Part shown: positions 38,375 to 48,981 of the stretch, piece by piece
How positions within the stretch are numbered: position 1 is the stretch's first letter
How the letters are laid out: the number at the start of each line of letters is the position of its first letter
Origin: Nitrospinaceae bacterium
GTDB lineage: Bacteria; Nitrospinota; Nitrospinia; Nitrospinales; Nitrospinaceae
Assembly: GCA_965223665.1 (NCBI GenBank)
Contig: OZ245011.1
Coordinates: 1,120,001 to 1,184,000 of the forward strand
Reading direction: 5' to 3'
DNA length: 64,000 nt
The notes under the pieces: model-generated
The model's database searches: none
What the model saw: only the letters and a program-made list of their open reading frames with translations
Told to the model about the DNA's origin: nothing
Translations under genes and position numbers: made by a program

Positions 38375-40180
38375 TTAAATGTCTTGTTCTGCATTTTCCA
38401 CAACTACATCATCGAAATAGTAAATATCGTGAGAAGCTTCCAATCCAAACTTACCATTGTTAAAGGTACTGTCTGTGGCCTCAAGTTTCCAGTCATTTGG
38501 CTCATCGGCTGAAGGGTCAGCAGGATCCGCAGGCGCCCAGTATTTCACTTTTATTTCATTACCCTTAACTTGGACTTTAAGTGTATAAGGAACAGAATCG
38601 TCAAAAGAAGGTAAATTTTTAGGTGTGTGCGGTAAAGTTTGGGAACTTAACACTGTATCAGAACCACTTTCTCGTTTTCCAATTTGCAATTCATACCCTC
38701 CCGGACGAGCCAATCTTACCCAGAAATAGTCGTCTTCATCTACACTTCTTAAAATAATTCCTGCATATTCACTATTTGCCATAATGCCGCTTCTTTTAAT
38801 ATTTGCTTGCACCACATAATTTTGCCAATTTGAGCAGCCATTTATGGAACCCACATGAACGGCCGGGCCGGTTTGGGATGATTTAAATTCTTCTGAGTCA
38901 ACCACAAAATTCGACCCCCCTGGAACCAAAGGAGCCCACGGTTGTAAAAGCGAACCATCAAAATGATCAATAAATCCCTGGCCACCAAAGGCAAATCCCA
39001 CTGGAATCGCATTATAAATGGGATTTTTATTTCCGTTTCCATCATCTACAAACGCACTTCCAGAAACTGTGGATGTTAAAAATGGATAAGAATAGTCATA
39101 TGAAACGGTAGTCGTTGCCTGACCATTTGTATCAGAGGTTCCTGAGGTGGGGCTTAGAGTAACTCCACTTCCAGTAGCAGTGAAATTCACGGGTTCTCCG
39201 TCAATAGGTTCACCGTTTACATCTAAAAGTGTAACCGTTACCGATGAAGTTCCCGGACAACTTACTGTCTCTGGATTCGCTAATACTTCAACATTTCCCC
39301 AGGGGGCCATCACCAGGTTTCTCGGAGAAGATTGTGCCGTAAAAGTTTCACGATGATATTGATCATTATAAGAGGTTCCACCGCTTACTACAGCTGCCAG
39401 GCTCCCCTGCGGATAAGTTCCCGAGTCATAAAATTCCGACCTTGGATCCTCATTTCGGGAACGCCCTAAAACATCTATTTCAACTTTTCGTATATTGTTT
39501 AGTTCTGCAGCAGGAAGAGTATAAGTCCAATTGCCACTATCTGGAACACCATCATCATCAGCATCAATCCCTTGCGGTAAGAGCTTTCCATAACGATCAT
39601 AATAACGAATCACCATATTATCGATATCCCGCGCAACCAAACTTCTGGTAATATCAGTCCCGTCAGATGTAGGAGTTACTTTGTATAAATTAAAAGGTGT
39701 CTTAGCGGTGGTCATCTTGATGGTAACAGTGGGATTTTCTCCATTTTCTACTGCACCATCCCCATCAACGTCAAAAAATGCTTTAAAGGAAAAGTTATCA
39801 TCATCAGTCCCGTCATATACATTGGCAATCGTATAAGTAATTACTTCATCGTTCTGGATTACATTATCATTATCTTCGTCATACACTGCTGTGAAATAAT
39901 GATCGGAGGCTGACAAAAATCGAGTTCCGCGAATCACGTTAAACCCTGCGTTTTGAACTGACCGAGCTAAAAATTCAGTACCAGCACGACCATTGGCCTG
40001 CATTTTATTCAACTCATTTTGCGTGGTGAATGACTTTTGTTGGGATCGAAACATATGCGCTAATAATCCCAAAACAAGGATTGACATAACGGCAGCCACT
40101 AACAATTCTATAAATGTAAATCCTTTTTCATTAGTCTTGAAAATTTTTTTATTTAGTAAACTAATCATTATTCTTCTCAT
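38375..40180 (-). CDS. pilW: PilW-like type IV minor pilin extended with Big_1 Ig-like and concanavalin-like beta-sandwich domains
   Basis: Prepilin site KG-FTFIELLV; QNAGF; VTVTLLDVNGEPIDGEPVNFT...TDTNG-like Ig motif; YTLKVQVKGNEIKV...GKFGL...YFDDVVV. Confidence 0.8.
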   Translation of the reverse strand: MRRIMISLLNKKIFKTNEKGFTFIELLVAAVMSILVLGLLAHMFRSQQKSFTTQNELNKMQANGRAGTEFLARSVQNAGFNVIRGTRFLSASDHYFTAVYDEDNDNVIQNDEVITYTIANVYDGTDDDNFSFKAFFDVDGDGAVENGENPTVTIKMTTAKTPFNLYKVTPTSDGTDITRSLVARDIDNMVIRYYDRYGKLLPQGIDADDDGVPDSGNWTYTLPAAELNNIRKVEIDVLGRSRNEDPRSEFYDSGTYPQGSLAAVVSGGTSYNDQYHRETFTAQSSPRNLVMAPWGNVEVLANPETVSCPGTSSVTVTLLDVNGEPIDGEPVNFTATGSGVTLSPTSGTSDTNGQATTTVSYDYSYPFLTSTVSGSAFVDDGNGNKNPIYNAIPVGFAFGGQGFIDHFDGSLLQPWAPLVPGGSNFVVDSEEFKSSQTGPAVHVGSINGCSNWQNYVVQANIKRSGIMANSEYAGIILRSVDEDDYFWVRLARPGGYELQIGKRESGSDTVLSSQTLPHTPKNLPSFDDSVPYTLKVQVKGNEIKVKYWAPADPADPSADEPNDWKLEATDSTFNNGKFGLEASHDIYYFDDVVVENAEQDI

Positions 40181-40191
40181 TAGATTTTTAA

Positions 40192-42024
40192 TTATTCGAT
40201 AAATCCCACACGTTCCACACTAAAAATTGAGGGAATGAAAGGAGGCCAGAAGTTTGGATCCTGGAAACGCACATCCCACCCAAAATTCCGTACCGGCCTT
40301 AAATAACAATTTGAGGATGAGCCATGACACCAATCACCCGTTGCTTGAGTGCTTTCCCACAAGCTGATAAAACTTCCTGAAATGGTGAGAGTTCGGTCAT
40401 TCCCCCAATTTTCATGCATTCTCGGATAGTTGTGTAAACCACCTCCAATTCGAGTTCCACCAACCGGATTGGGTTTGATCCCGGAAAAAAAGGCAGCATT
40501 GACGGTTGTATTTCCTGCTTTAGGATATGTCACGGAATCATCTTTGGAGGTAAAGGAGGTTGACAAAATATTTGTGGCATCACTGACTAAAGCAACACCT
40601 CTGGTTGTGTCAGTATTAAAGTCGCCCTGTATATAAATAGGGTTGTCCGTAGCAACTGTTGTATTCACCCAAACTTTTGCTGGAGAGCCACCTAAGCTAA
40701 GCAGGCGAATCGCCTCGCGCCTAGCACCATTATTTGCGAAAGGTATCGGAGCAGTCGGTGATCTTGAGGTATAAATCAGCATACCATCACCCGCCCAGTT
40801 AAGACCCTGACTGTCCAGATAATCTTTGTACCATTGCCCCAGTCGATGCAAATCTATATCTGTAAAGTCTACATATTTTCCCTCTCTTGTATCATATAGA
40901 GTATCAGTTCCTGCTGTTTCTCGAACTGGTGCAGGACTTAGGGTACCACCAGCATTCAATAAATTTCCTGCTAACACATCTGTAGTGACATTTAGAAGGG
41001 ATGGTCTCGAAACCCAAATTTCAATTGCTCCCCCTGTACCCACAATTTTCATAGAATCTATTCGTGGGTTTTGAGGATCTTCGGCTCGTTGTTCATAAAA
41101 CCCATTTCTAAAAAATTGTGTTTGTGAAGGCGCAGAATATTTATTTTCATTCACATTTACATAACCGTTAAAATTAGGTTCCTCGGTATCTTCATTGCCA
41201 GAATTAATACTTAAAGGCAACTGTCTAAATTCAGAATCTGAACTTGGATCAGAAGAAATATTTAGTGAGTTAGTCTTTTTTACAAAGGTATCTGTTTTAG
41301 AGTATGTATTTCCCGATTTTTGTTTCCCTCTAAACTCTCCACCCATAGACATAAAGTGAGGAGAAAAATTTCCATCAAGATCATAATTCATTATATTAAT
41401 GTCATTGCCCCGTCCCACAATGTACATATCTCTGTTCGCGTGCATTCTCCCCCAAATATTCATATCGGCACCAGGGTACAACTCTAAATCGGCCAAATCT
41501 CCATCTCCCGCATAAAAAGCAAAATACTGAACCAGGGGGGTTTCTAAAATCCGAATTCGCTCCCTTAAAGTCTCTTTAGCCTTACCTGTCAATGAATCAG
41601 ATTCAGCTTCGATATCGAAAGTATGTGCATAATGATAGATAGTTCCTTTCCCTAATACAGTTTGGTATAAAAATCGGTCTAAAGGATTCGTCACATTGTA
41701 GTAAACATCGTACCCACGATAATTACTTATTGTCTTCCCGGGGCTTCCTCCATCATTAGCTGTCGTGGTATAAATACTAAGGTTTTCGAATTCAGAAATA
41801 ATATCGTTAACTGCTGCATCCAGACCCACTTCTGCAGCATAAAAAGATCGCTTTCCTTTATTATGAGCATTCGAGGATTCTAAATTGAGCTGGGTCAATT
41901 TAATTGCACCCATAGCTAAAGCAACCATGGTAGCCAATAGCACAAGCACCACAATCAGCGTACTTCCGGTTTCTTTTTTTGCCTTTCTTATAAACCTATA
42001 AATTGAATCCGAATAATTACTCAT
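40192..42024 (-). CDS. pilX: PilX-like minor pilin with large C-terminal domain
   Basis: TG-STLIVVLVLL (no Glu5, typical of PilX/GspK); SFYAAEVGLD PilX N-terminal motif; 4-nt overlap with pilV. Confidence 0.8.
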   Translation of the reverse strand: MSNYSDSIYRFIRKAKKETGSTLIVVLVLLATMVALAMGAIKLTQLNLESSNAHNKGKRSFYAAEVGLDAAVNDIISEFENLSIYTTTANDGGSPGKTISNYRGYDVYYNVTNPLDRFLYQTVLGKGTIYHYAHTFDIEAESDSLTGKAKETLRERIRILETPLVQYFAFYAGDGDLADLELYPGADMNIWGRMHANRDMYIVGRGNDINIMNYDLDGNFSPHFMSMGGEFRGKQKSGNTYSKTDTFVKKTNSLNISSDPSSDSEFRQLPLSINSGNEDTEEPNFNGYVNVNENKYSAPSQTQFFRNGFYEQRAEDPQNPRIDSMKIVGTGGAIEIWVSRPSLLNVTTDVLAGNLLNAGGTLSPAPVRETAGTDTLYDTREGKYVDFTDIDLHRLGQWYKDYLDSQGLNWAGDGMLIYTSRSPTAPIPFANNGARREAIRLLSLGGSPAKVWVNTTVATDNPIYIQGDFNTDTTRGVALVSDATNILSTSFTSKDDSVTYPKAGNTTVNAAFFSGIKPNPVGGTRIGGGLHNYPRMHENWGNDRTLTISGSFISLWESTQATGDWCHGSSSNCYLRPVRNFGWDVRFQDPNFWPPFIPSIFSVERVGFIE

Positions 42025-42551
42025 TGTACAAACTGTCTCCTTTGCAATGCAGTACCTATTTCCACTTTTTTATTGTGGCCGGAACTACTCACCCACGAAA
42101 CTTCTACATTTACGTCTACCATATGAATTGTGTTTGGTTGGGTAAAATCCTCCCTGGATTGTGCTGAAGGAGGAAAAATGCTAACCGTTGTTTTTCTAGT
42201 AAACCCACCACTTAAAGATTCTGTTTTCGTCCTCGTGTAATCATCAGGTGCACTGTAACTGGTTAAAAATCCATTTTGATCATCAACAAAATATTCAAAC
42301 CCATGAGCACCACCTAAGGGTTCATTGGTTGCGGTACGCTTAATTAATTCCAGTTGATCCGAGGCCAACATTGTAGCTTCAGTATTATCATCAGAATTTC
42401 TTTGATGATGGCTCACAGAATTGAAGGAAGAAAGCAAACCCATAATTCCCACCACTAACACAACAATGGAAATTAAAACTTCTATTAAAGTAAACCCTGA
42501 TTCTTTTCTTTTTTTCAAATTAGCTTCATTCAATGTTTTCATCTTCTTCAT
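42021..42551 (-). CDS. pilV: PilV-like minor pilin
   Basis: SG-FTLIEVLISIVVLVVGIMGL; ATMLASDQLE; VNVEVSW. Confidence 0.82.
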   Translation of the reverse strand: MKKMKTLNEANLKKRKESGFTLIEVLISIVVLVVGIMGLLSSFNSVSHHQRNSDDNTEATMLASDQLELIKRTATNEPLGGAHGFEYFVDDQNGFLTSYSAPDDYTRTKTESLSGGFTRKTTVSIFPPSAQSREDFTQPNTIHMVDVNVEVSWVSSSGHNKKVEIGTALQRRQFVQ

Positions 42552-42560
42552 CCCTAAATT

Positions 42561-43193
42561 CTATTCCCAAGGAATAGGTGACAAACTACTGTTATATTTC
42601 CAAAGTTCCGCCGCACCCGTACCTTGAACTACACTAATTCCGCGTAATTGGTCATTTGTCTTGCCGGCATCATCTTTATGTATTAAATATAGAGACCCAC
42701 TAATATTGGACTGACCCCTCTGGTTAAAAACAACGACATCATTGGTTCCCATGGACACACTGTCAGTGATTGTATTATTTTCCATATCTTGAATTGATGA
42801 GCCGTAAAACCCGAATTCAACTAAGTTTTCAAGATTAATGGTTTTTAAGTTTTCTCCACTATCTGCCGAACCATTGCTATTGGTGTCATCCAAAATGGTA
42901 TAACTGTCATTAGCCGAATTAAAAGTTACTATCACGTTATTATTATTTTTAATCGCGGTTGATCTTGCTAATATTAAATCCATATAAACCCGTTCGGATT
43001 CGGCACGAATTTGATAATTCTTCCTCCAAGCTGAAATATTTGGAATCGCAACCGCAATTAGAATTCCAACAATGAGCATGATGACTATAAGCTCTACCAA
43101 AGTCATTCCACGATCATTTTTGGCCTTTTCAAACCAATTCGTTCGGCTCCAACTTTTTATATTCATATTTAATAGTTTAAGGCTATGTATCAT
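42561..43193 (-). CDS. fimT: FimT/FimU/GspH-like minor pilin
   Basis: RG-MTLVELIVIMLIVGILIAVAIP; DLILARSTAIKNN; VVFNQRG. Confidence 0.82.
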   Translation of the reverse strand: MIHSLKLLNMNIKSWSRTNWFEKAKNDRGMTLVELIVIMLIVGILIAVAIPNISAWRKNYQIRAESERVYMDLILARSTAIKNNNNVIVTFNSANDSYTILDDTNSNGSADSGENLKTINLENLVEFGFYGSSIQDMENNTITDSVSMGTNDVVVFNQRGQSNISGSLYLIHKDDAGKTNDQLRGISVVQGTGAAELWKYNSSLSPIPWE

Positions 43194-43229
43194 TTTCTCT
43201 ACAGTTATTTTTGTTTTTCTGTAACTTTT

Positions 43230-43422
43230 AGCAAGAAGCAGACCTTAATTCCCAAAGGCAATTTTTTATCTTGATCAAAGTATATTAATCGCAAAATTTC
43301 AAAGCTTATTTTTTGAATTACAATCGCAAATGGCAATAAGATAGAAAATCAAAGAAAATGTTAATAAAAATTATTTAGACAGGCAGGGACAAATTTTGGG
43401 AATGAAAACGACCATTTTTGTC
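43230..43422 (-). promoter_or_regulatory. Candidate sigma54 promoter plus upstream activator sites for the pilin operon
   Basis: AGGTCTG-CTTC-TTGCT (43245-43230); GAC-N7-GTC at 43410-43422 and GAC-N7-GGG at 43388-43400, 22 bp apart. Confidence 0.45.
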
Positions 43423-43698
43423 ACAAATAGAAAGTTTCAAAGTAAATGAAACTTTATTTTTTTATTTTTTGGGAAATCTATGGAGGGTTTTAAGTTAGCA
43501 TACATTCGGAAGCACCCAAATTGGGTCGCCTTGATCTGTTAATCAAATCACTTTCTTTTGAAGATGTGTATGTAATGATCAAAGGTCTCTACAAGAATAA
43601 TTATTTAATGGTTAAAAAAATGTTCAACCACAACGCAATTTTGTTCCGCCAAATACAATTACTTTTGATGAGACCTGAAACCAATTACAAAATATTGA

Positions 43699-46353
43699 TC
43701 AAAACTTAAACTTATTAACCATTCCTTGTAGTTGTGCAGCGATAGACGCTAATTCTTTAGCTGATTTTTCAGTATCAACGGCTCCACTAGAAGTTACTTG
43801 AGCCGCATCAGCTACACTGGATATATTTTCTGTTATCTCGTTAGTTCCTCTTGCTGCTTCAGAAACATTTCGACTCATTTCATTTGTAGTCACAGACTGC
43901 TCTTCTACAGCACTCGCAATGGTATTGGAAATATCATTGATGGTATTGATAACTTCCGAAATTTCTTCAATAACATCAATAGAGCTTTTAGCGTCCATTT
44001 GAATTGCTTCAATCTTTTGACTAATTTCTTCAGTTGCACTAGCTGTTTGGTTTGCTAATTCTTTTACTTCATTTGCCACTACGGCAAAGCCCTTTCCTGC
44101 CTCCCCGGCACGCGCAGCCTCAATGGTAGCATTTAGAGCCAGCAAATTGGTTTGTTCTGCAATGGAAGTGATCACTTTTATTACCTGGCCTATTTCCTCC
44201 GAGCTTTGCCCCAATTTACTCACTGTCGTATTTGTCTTTTCAGCCAAAGCCACTGCGTTACCAGCAACTTTAGCAGCCTCAGTAGAGTTTTTCGAAATTT
44301 CTTTTATACTTGCAGACATTTCCTCTGCTCCGGTGGCAACTGTATTGACATTTTCTCCTACCTGATTGGATGTTTTTGAAACAACATCAGATTGAAGGGA
44401 AGTCTCTTGAGCACTAGTCCCCATTTGTTGACTTATGGATGCCAGTTCTTCAGAGGAACTTGCCAAAGTTTGAGAAGTTTCACTAATCCCCGTCATACTT
44501 TTCCTGAAGTCATTTATCAGTTTGGTTAATCCCTGTCCTAATTGACCAATCGGATCTTCCCCTTTCACTGAAACTTGTCGAGTCAAATCACCATGACTTG
44601 CAGATTCGACAACCTCCAACATTTCGTTTATTTTTTGACTTAATTCCTCTGCTTGTCTTCTTTCTCTATCAATTTGTTCCCTTTCTTTTTCAGCTTTTTC
44701 CGCTGCGAGCTTACTTTCTCGTTCTTCATTTTGCTTCTCTTGTTTCCTTCGAAGCTCTTCTTGCTCTTTAATTTTTCTTTCGTTCTCAATTTTATCTTTG
44801 GCCTGTGACAACATATTCTCCAAAGATTTTCTAAAATCCCCTTCTACATCAAAATTACTCATGCTTATATTCCCCTCCAGTATCATTTGAGATTGAGAAA
44901 TATAATTTTTAAATGTAGAAATCAAATGATTAAAAGATTTTCCCATAGAACCAATTTCATCATTTAATTGAATCTTAATTTCATCCTGACTTAATTGACC
45001 CTTGCTTAAATCATCAATTGATTTTGAAATCTCGACAATTGGAGCGGAAACTTTATTACCAAGAACGAAAGCAATAACAACAACAATAACCAAGGCTCCT
45101 AATCCAATCCACATAGTAATTTCCTGAATACTATCTAATGTAGAGAATGCTTCCTCCTCATCAATCTCGGCCAGAATCCCCCATCGATTGCCAATAGCTT
45201 CCACTGATCCAAAAGCACTCAATACTGGAACACCACGATAGTCATTAATAACATCAAATCCTGATTCTCCCGACAAAGACCTCTCTGTTCCAATTGTATG
45301 AACTTCATTCATACCAATGGAAGTATTCAAACTTTTTGATTTTTCTAAAATTGAATTTTCCACACCTGTTTGTTTTAAGGTTTTAAAATACTCTTTAGGT
45401 TGTTCAATAAAAAACCGAGAATTATTTCTTAGTTTAAAATCCTTTCCCACTAAATAAACTTCGCCGGAATCTCCCAACCCTACTTTTTTCCAGGATTGAT
45501 TACTGGACATTACCGCGTCAATTCGGTCCACCGGAGCTTGAAAAATTAGAACCCCTACCCGTTCATTATTTTCAAAAATAGGTGAAGCAATAAAAGCAGC
45601 TGCAGCATTATAGGAGGGAGCATATGGAGAAAAATCATCCATAACTACAGAATTTTTTTCTATTTCGAGAGCTTGCTTAAATACCCTTCCTATTCCAGTG
45701 TTTTTGTAGGGCCCGGAGATAAGGTTTGTGGCATAGTCCACTTCTTTAAAAACGCTATAAACAATATAACCTGTTTTTGCATCAACTAAGAATATGTCGT
45801 AATAACCAAATTCATCCAAGAAGGACCTTAATTTAGGATGATATCTTTTGTGAGTTTTGCTATATAAGGACCCATCTGTTGCGGAATCTAAAAGGTGTTT
45901 TGAGCCAATGGGATTAGAGTTTTCGGAAATATATTTTGACTGTAATATTTGAGAAGCTTTATTCTTCGGAAACCATTCTGAAATAGCTTCCTTTGGAGCG
46001 CCTGGAGTATTGGCTTGTTGATAAACATACCGTTCATTTAGTTGATCACTTTCCTTTTGACCATAATTAATTTCAGGTTCCACAGTTATAGAGGAAAAAT
46101 CTCTTGTGAATTCTTTCATGGCTTGGACAACCATTGAATTTTCAGATAAGGTCCGGATTTGCCCTTCGATTTGTTTAAAATAATGTTCTATTTGAAGCTT
46201 TTTCTCTTCTCTTAAGGAAGTCAGTCGATTTTTATTTAAATCAAGAAGTTCTTTTTTTACATTACTTAATGAAATAAAGGTTAAAACCGCCATGGGGACC
46301 AAACCAGCCAACAATAATATAAATATGGTTTTGTTTCGAATATTCCAATTCAC
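43699..46353 (-). CDS. Methyl-accepting chemotaxis protein with large periplasmic Cache-type sensor
   Basis: Start re-called at GTG 46353 (GGAGG SD); two TM segments; YYDIFL...[52 protein letters not shown]. Confidence 0.95.
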   Translation of the reverse strand: MNWNIRNKTIFILLLAGLVPMAVLTFISLSNVKKELLDLNKNRLTSLREEKKLQIEHYFKQIEGQIRTLSENSMVVQAMKEFTRDFSSITVEPEINYGQKESDQLNERYVYQQANTPGAPKEAISEWFPKNKASQILQSKYISENSNPIGSKHLLDSATDGSLYSKTHKRYHPKLRSFLDEFGYYDIFLVDAKTGYIVYSVFKEVDYATNLISGPYKNTGIGRVFKQALEIEKNSVVMDDFSPYAPSYNAAAAFIASPIFENNERVGVLIFQAPVDRIDAVMSSNQSWKKVGLGDSGEVYLVGKDFKLRNNSRFFIEQPKEYFKTLKQTGVENSILEKSKSLNTSIGMNEVHTIGTERSLSGESGFDVINDYRGVPVLSAFGSVEAIGNRWGILAEIDEEEAFSTLDSIQEITMWIGLGALVIVVVIAFVLGNKVSAPIVEISKSIDDLSKGQLSQDEIKIQLNDEIGSMGKSFNHLISTFKNYISQSQMILEGNISMSNFDVEGDFRKSLENMLSQAKDKIENERKIKEQEELRRKQEKQNEERESKLAAEKAEKEREQIDRERRQAEELSQKINEMLEVVESASHGDLTRQVSVKGEDPIGQLGQGLTKLINDFRKSMTGISETSQTLASSSEELASISQQMGTSAQETSLQSDVVSKTSNQVGENVNTVATGAEEMSASIKEISKNSTEAAKVAGNAVALAEKTNTTVSKLGQSSEEIGQVIKVITSIAEQTNLLALNATIEAARAGEAGKGFAVVANEVKELANQTASATEEISQKIEAIQMDAKSSIDVIEEISEVINTINDISNTIASAVEEQSVTTNEMSRNVSEAARGTNEITENISSVADAAQVTSSGAVDTEKSAKELASIAAQLQGMVNKFKF

Positions 46354-46873
46354 TTTTAAAAAGCCTCCTAAACCGCGATTGTTGAAAATTATGATTCCGT
46401 TAGATCTATAACAATGGAAAGCTCCCAGCAGCAGTAAACCCAACTCGAAAATCTTTTATTGTTTTGCTCCTTTTCTTCAACCAATTGTCTGGTTATATCC
46501 AGAAAAGAATAACTAAGTGTCTAACTATAGTTAAGAGTAAAATGATTAACTTAAACTTTCAACGTAAAATTGCCATAAATATTTGTTTTTTAAGTTGTTC
46601 AGCCTTTCCGATATTCCTTTCTCGTATATTTTTAGAAATTAAATGTTAATTTAAAAATGACTTGAATTTTGTGTTTATAAATATCTCTCTAGGAAATAAC
46701 CTGCCGAATTTTGGTATTTTCAAGACTCGAAATGAAATCCATACCGAAACTGTTTAGCCATAAAACCGATAAAACACTCTAAAAAAGGCAATCCAAATAA
46801 TTTATTATCTTCCAGAATTCAACCTTTAGAAGTAAAAGCCTCGTTTCCATGGGAAAAAATTAATATAATGCCC

Positions 46874-47836
46874 TTATTCCCGCATTTTCTGAACTTCGTT
46901 GAAAATATCATCCTCAGTCAATATATTTTTTTCCTCTAATATATTAATAATGGCTTGCAGTTTTTCTTCTGAATTTGGGGGAGTTATAGGGGTGGGTTCG
47001 GGTTCCTCATCCCTACATTGGTTTCCCCAAATGGCTTTAACAAATTGGGGATTGTCAATATAAGGATTTCGATTTCCCTGCCAGGAATAGATAACCTCGT
47101 TTCTACGTTTTTCAAAATCATCAACCGGATCTTCTTTATTCCAATTATACAAATCGCAAAGGCGACCAAACCGTGTTGATCCAATGTGAGTGATACCTTC
47201 TACAATTTCCAAATCAGGGGTCTTTGATTGGTCCGACCCTTCATATCTAGTGGCCATATAAAACATCATTCTTGCCACATCTCCCTTGACTACGTTTGGT
47301 GGTTCCCAGGTATTAGAGGTAAATCGACAATCTCTACATTCATGATGCTTACGACCTCCTAAACCAAAGTCCATATTACCTCTGTCGCTATTGACTGTTT
47401 TGTCGGAAGGTCTCAAATGATGTGCGTCCGTATGGGCAGCCTGATCTTTTCTTTTAAACCCATGCGATTTGGCCCAAACATGCTCCCGGTTCCAGTTATT
47501 ATTTCCTCCACTACTTCTAACCTTTTTACTTTTAGCCAGGCTTCGACCCGTATAAATTAAAATTACATTATTTCTATTATTAGGATCCTCATCGGATTCT
47601 TCTAATATCTTCCAAACACATTTATAGGAATGGCGTGTATGACCTTTAATTATTCTGTTAAGAGCTGATTTTAATTCAGGGCCGCTTTTTCCCATGGCGG
47701 TTTGATAATATTTATTAGAATCAAATGGTTCAATTCCAGAAGGTTTACGACAATTTGCTTGAGAATTCCCTGCCAAAAAAACACCAATAAGAAATAAAAC
47801 AATGGTTTCTAATCTTAAACGCTTTAAATAGAACAT
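46874..47836 (-). CDS. Secreted endonuclease I family (Bsn/YurI-like) nuclease
   Basis: Start re-called at ATG 47836; signal peptide; WNREHVWAKSHG, DAHHLRPSD, KGDVARMMFYMATRY, QGNRNPYID. Confidence 0.9.
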   Translation of the reverse strand: MFYLKRLRLETIVLFLIGVFLAGNSQANCRKPSGIEPFDSNKYYQTAMGKSGPELKSALNRIIKGHTRHSYKCVWKILEESDEDPNNRNNVILIYTGRSLAKSKKVRSSGGNNNWNREHVWAKSHGFKRKDQAAHTDAHHLRPSDKTVNSDRGNMDFGLGGRKHHECRDCRFTSNTWEPPNVVKGDVARMMFYMATRYEGSDQSKTPDLEIVEGITHIGSTRFGRLCDLYNWNKEDPVDDFEKRRNEVIYSWQGNRNPYIDNPQFVKAIWGNQCRDEEPEPTPITPPNSEEKLQAIINILEEKNILTEDDIFNEVQKMRE

Positions 47837-48143
47837 TCTTATCCCCCCTAGTGAACAAATCGTTTTGTATTGGAAATCAAACCCTGATGGAACCAAATTT
47901 TATCCTCTAAACGAAACTAATTCTATTAAAAAATAAAACCTTTTGGGGAATAACATTCCATAACTTGTAACTTATTAAAACTACCAATGAACTCTTAAGC
48001 CCCTAACTTAAAAATATCAATCGATGTTAACAAATCTTTCCACAATCAATATCCATTCCTTGACATTAATAACTCAGTTAAGATTAAATTGGTTAAACCC
48101 TATAATTCGTAGGCCAATAAAAATCTTTGCTCGGAATAAACAA

Positions 48144-48866
48144 ATGAAAAAAATATATATTGTCGCAATTCTAACTTGGTTATCTTTTGTAAACACAAGC
48201 CAAGCTGGTCTATTGGATGATTTTTTAGGCGGATTTAAAAATAATCCCCTTACTGGTGGTCAGCTTTCATTAGATACAACAATTAAAGGTTTAAAGGAGG
48301 CTCTTTCGATAGGCTCAGATAATGCTGTTGCGTTATTGTCTAAAAATGAAGGCTATTTATCTAACGAGGCGGTAAAAATTTTAATGCCAGAAAAAATTCA
48401 AAACGTTGCCGACATGCTTTCTAAAATTGGTTATCAAAAACAAGTAGACAATTTTATTCTTAGCATGAACCAAGCCGCTGAAAACGCAGCTCCACAAGCA
48501 AAGGAACATTTTTTGAACGCAATCAAAGAAATGTCCTTTGAAGATGCTAAAAAGATTTTAAACGGATCAAATACCGCGGCAACCGATTATTTAAAAACTA
48601 AAACTTCCAAAAAAATATTTGATTCCTTTAAACCAATTGTCACATCGAGCTTAAACAAAGTTGGGGGAACTCAAGCTTACAACACATTAATGGAGAAATT
48701 TAATTCTATTCCATTCGCAACAACACAATCTTTTGATCTCAACAATTATGTTACCGATAATGCTTTAAAGGGAATGTTCTATATGATCGGTAGAGAAGAA
48801 GAAAAAATCAGAACTGATCCGGCGGCAAGAGTAACAGATGTATTAAAAAAAGTATTTTCCAAATAA
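48144..48866 (+). CDS. DUF4197 family exported protein
   Basis: Start re-called at ATG 48144 (signal MKKIYIVAIL...SQA); GLKEALSIG, MNQAAENAAP, AATDYL, EEEKIRTDPAARVTDVLKKVF. Confidence 0.88.
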   Translation: MKKIYIVAILTWLSFVNTSQAGLLDDFLGGFKNNPLTGGQLSLDTTIKGLKEALSIGSDNAVALLSKNEGYLSNEAVKILMPEKIQNVADMLSKIGYQKQVDNFILSMNQAAENAAPQAKEHFLNAIKEMSFEDAKKILNGSNTAATDYLKTKTSKKIFDSFKPIVTSSLNKVGGTQAYNTLMEKFNSIPFATTQSFDLNNYVTDNALKGMFYMIGREEEKIRTDPAARVTDVLKKVFSK

Positions 48867-48981
48867 CATACTTTTTATGTTTTTTCTTTATTCCTTAAAA
48901 ATTTAATTTTAAGAAATTTAATTTACTTTATTTTGAAGTTTGAAATTCGATAAAAGTAGTTATATTTTTTATAATAATTTT

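Noticed and set aside
43530-43545. TTGAT...ATCAA palindrome as an FNR box
   Set aside because: Spacer is 6 nt (ctgtta) rather than 4; the overlapping 62-aa ORF is also unsupported.
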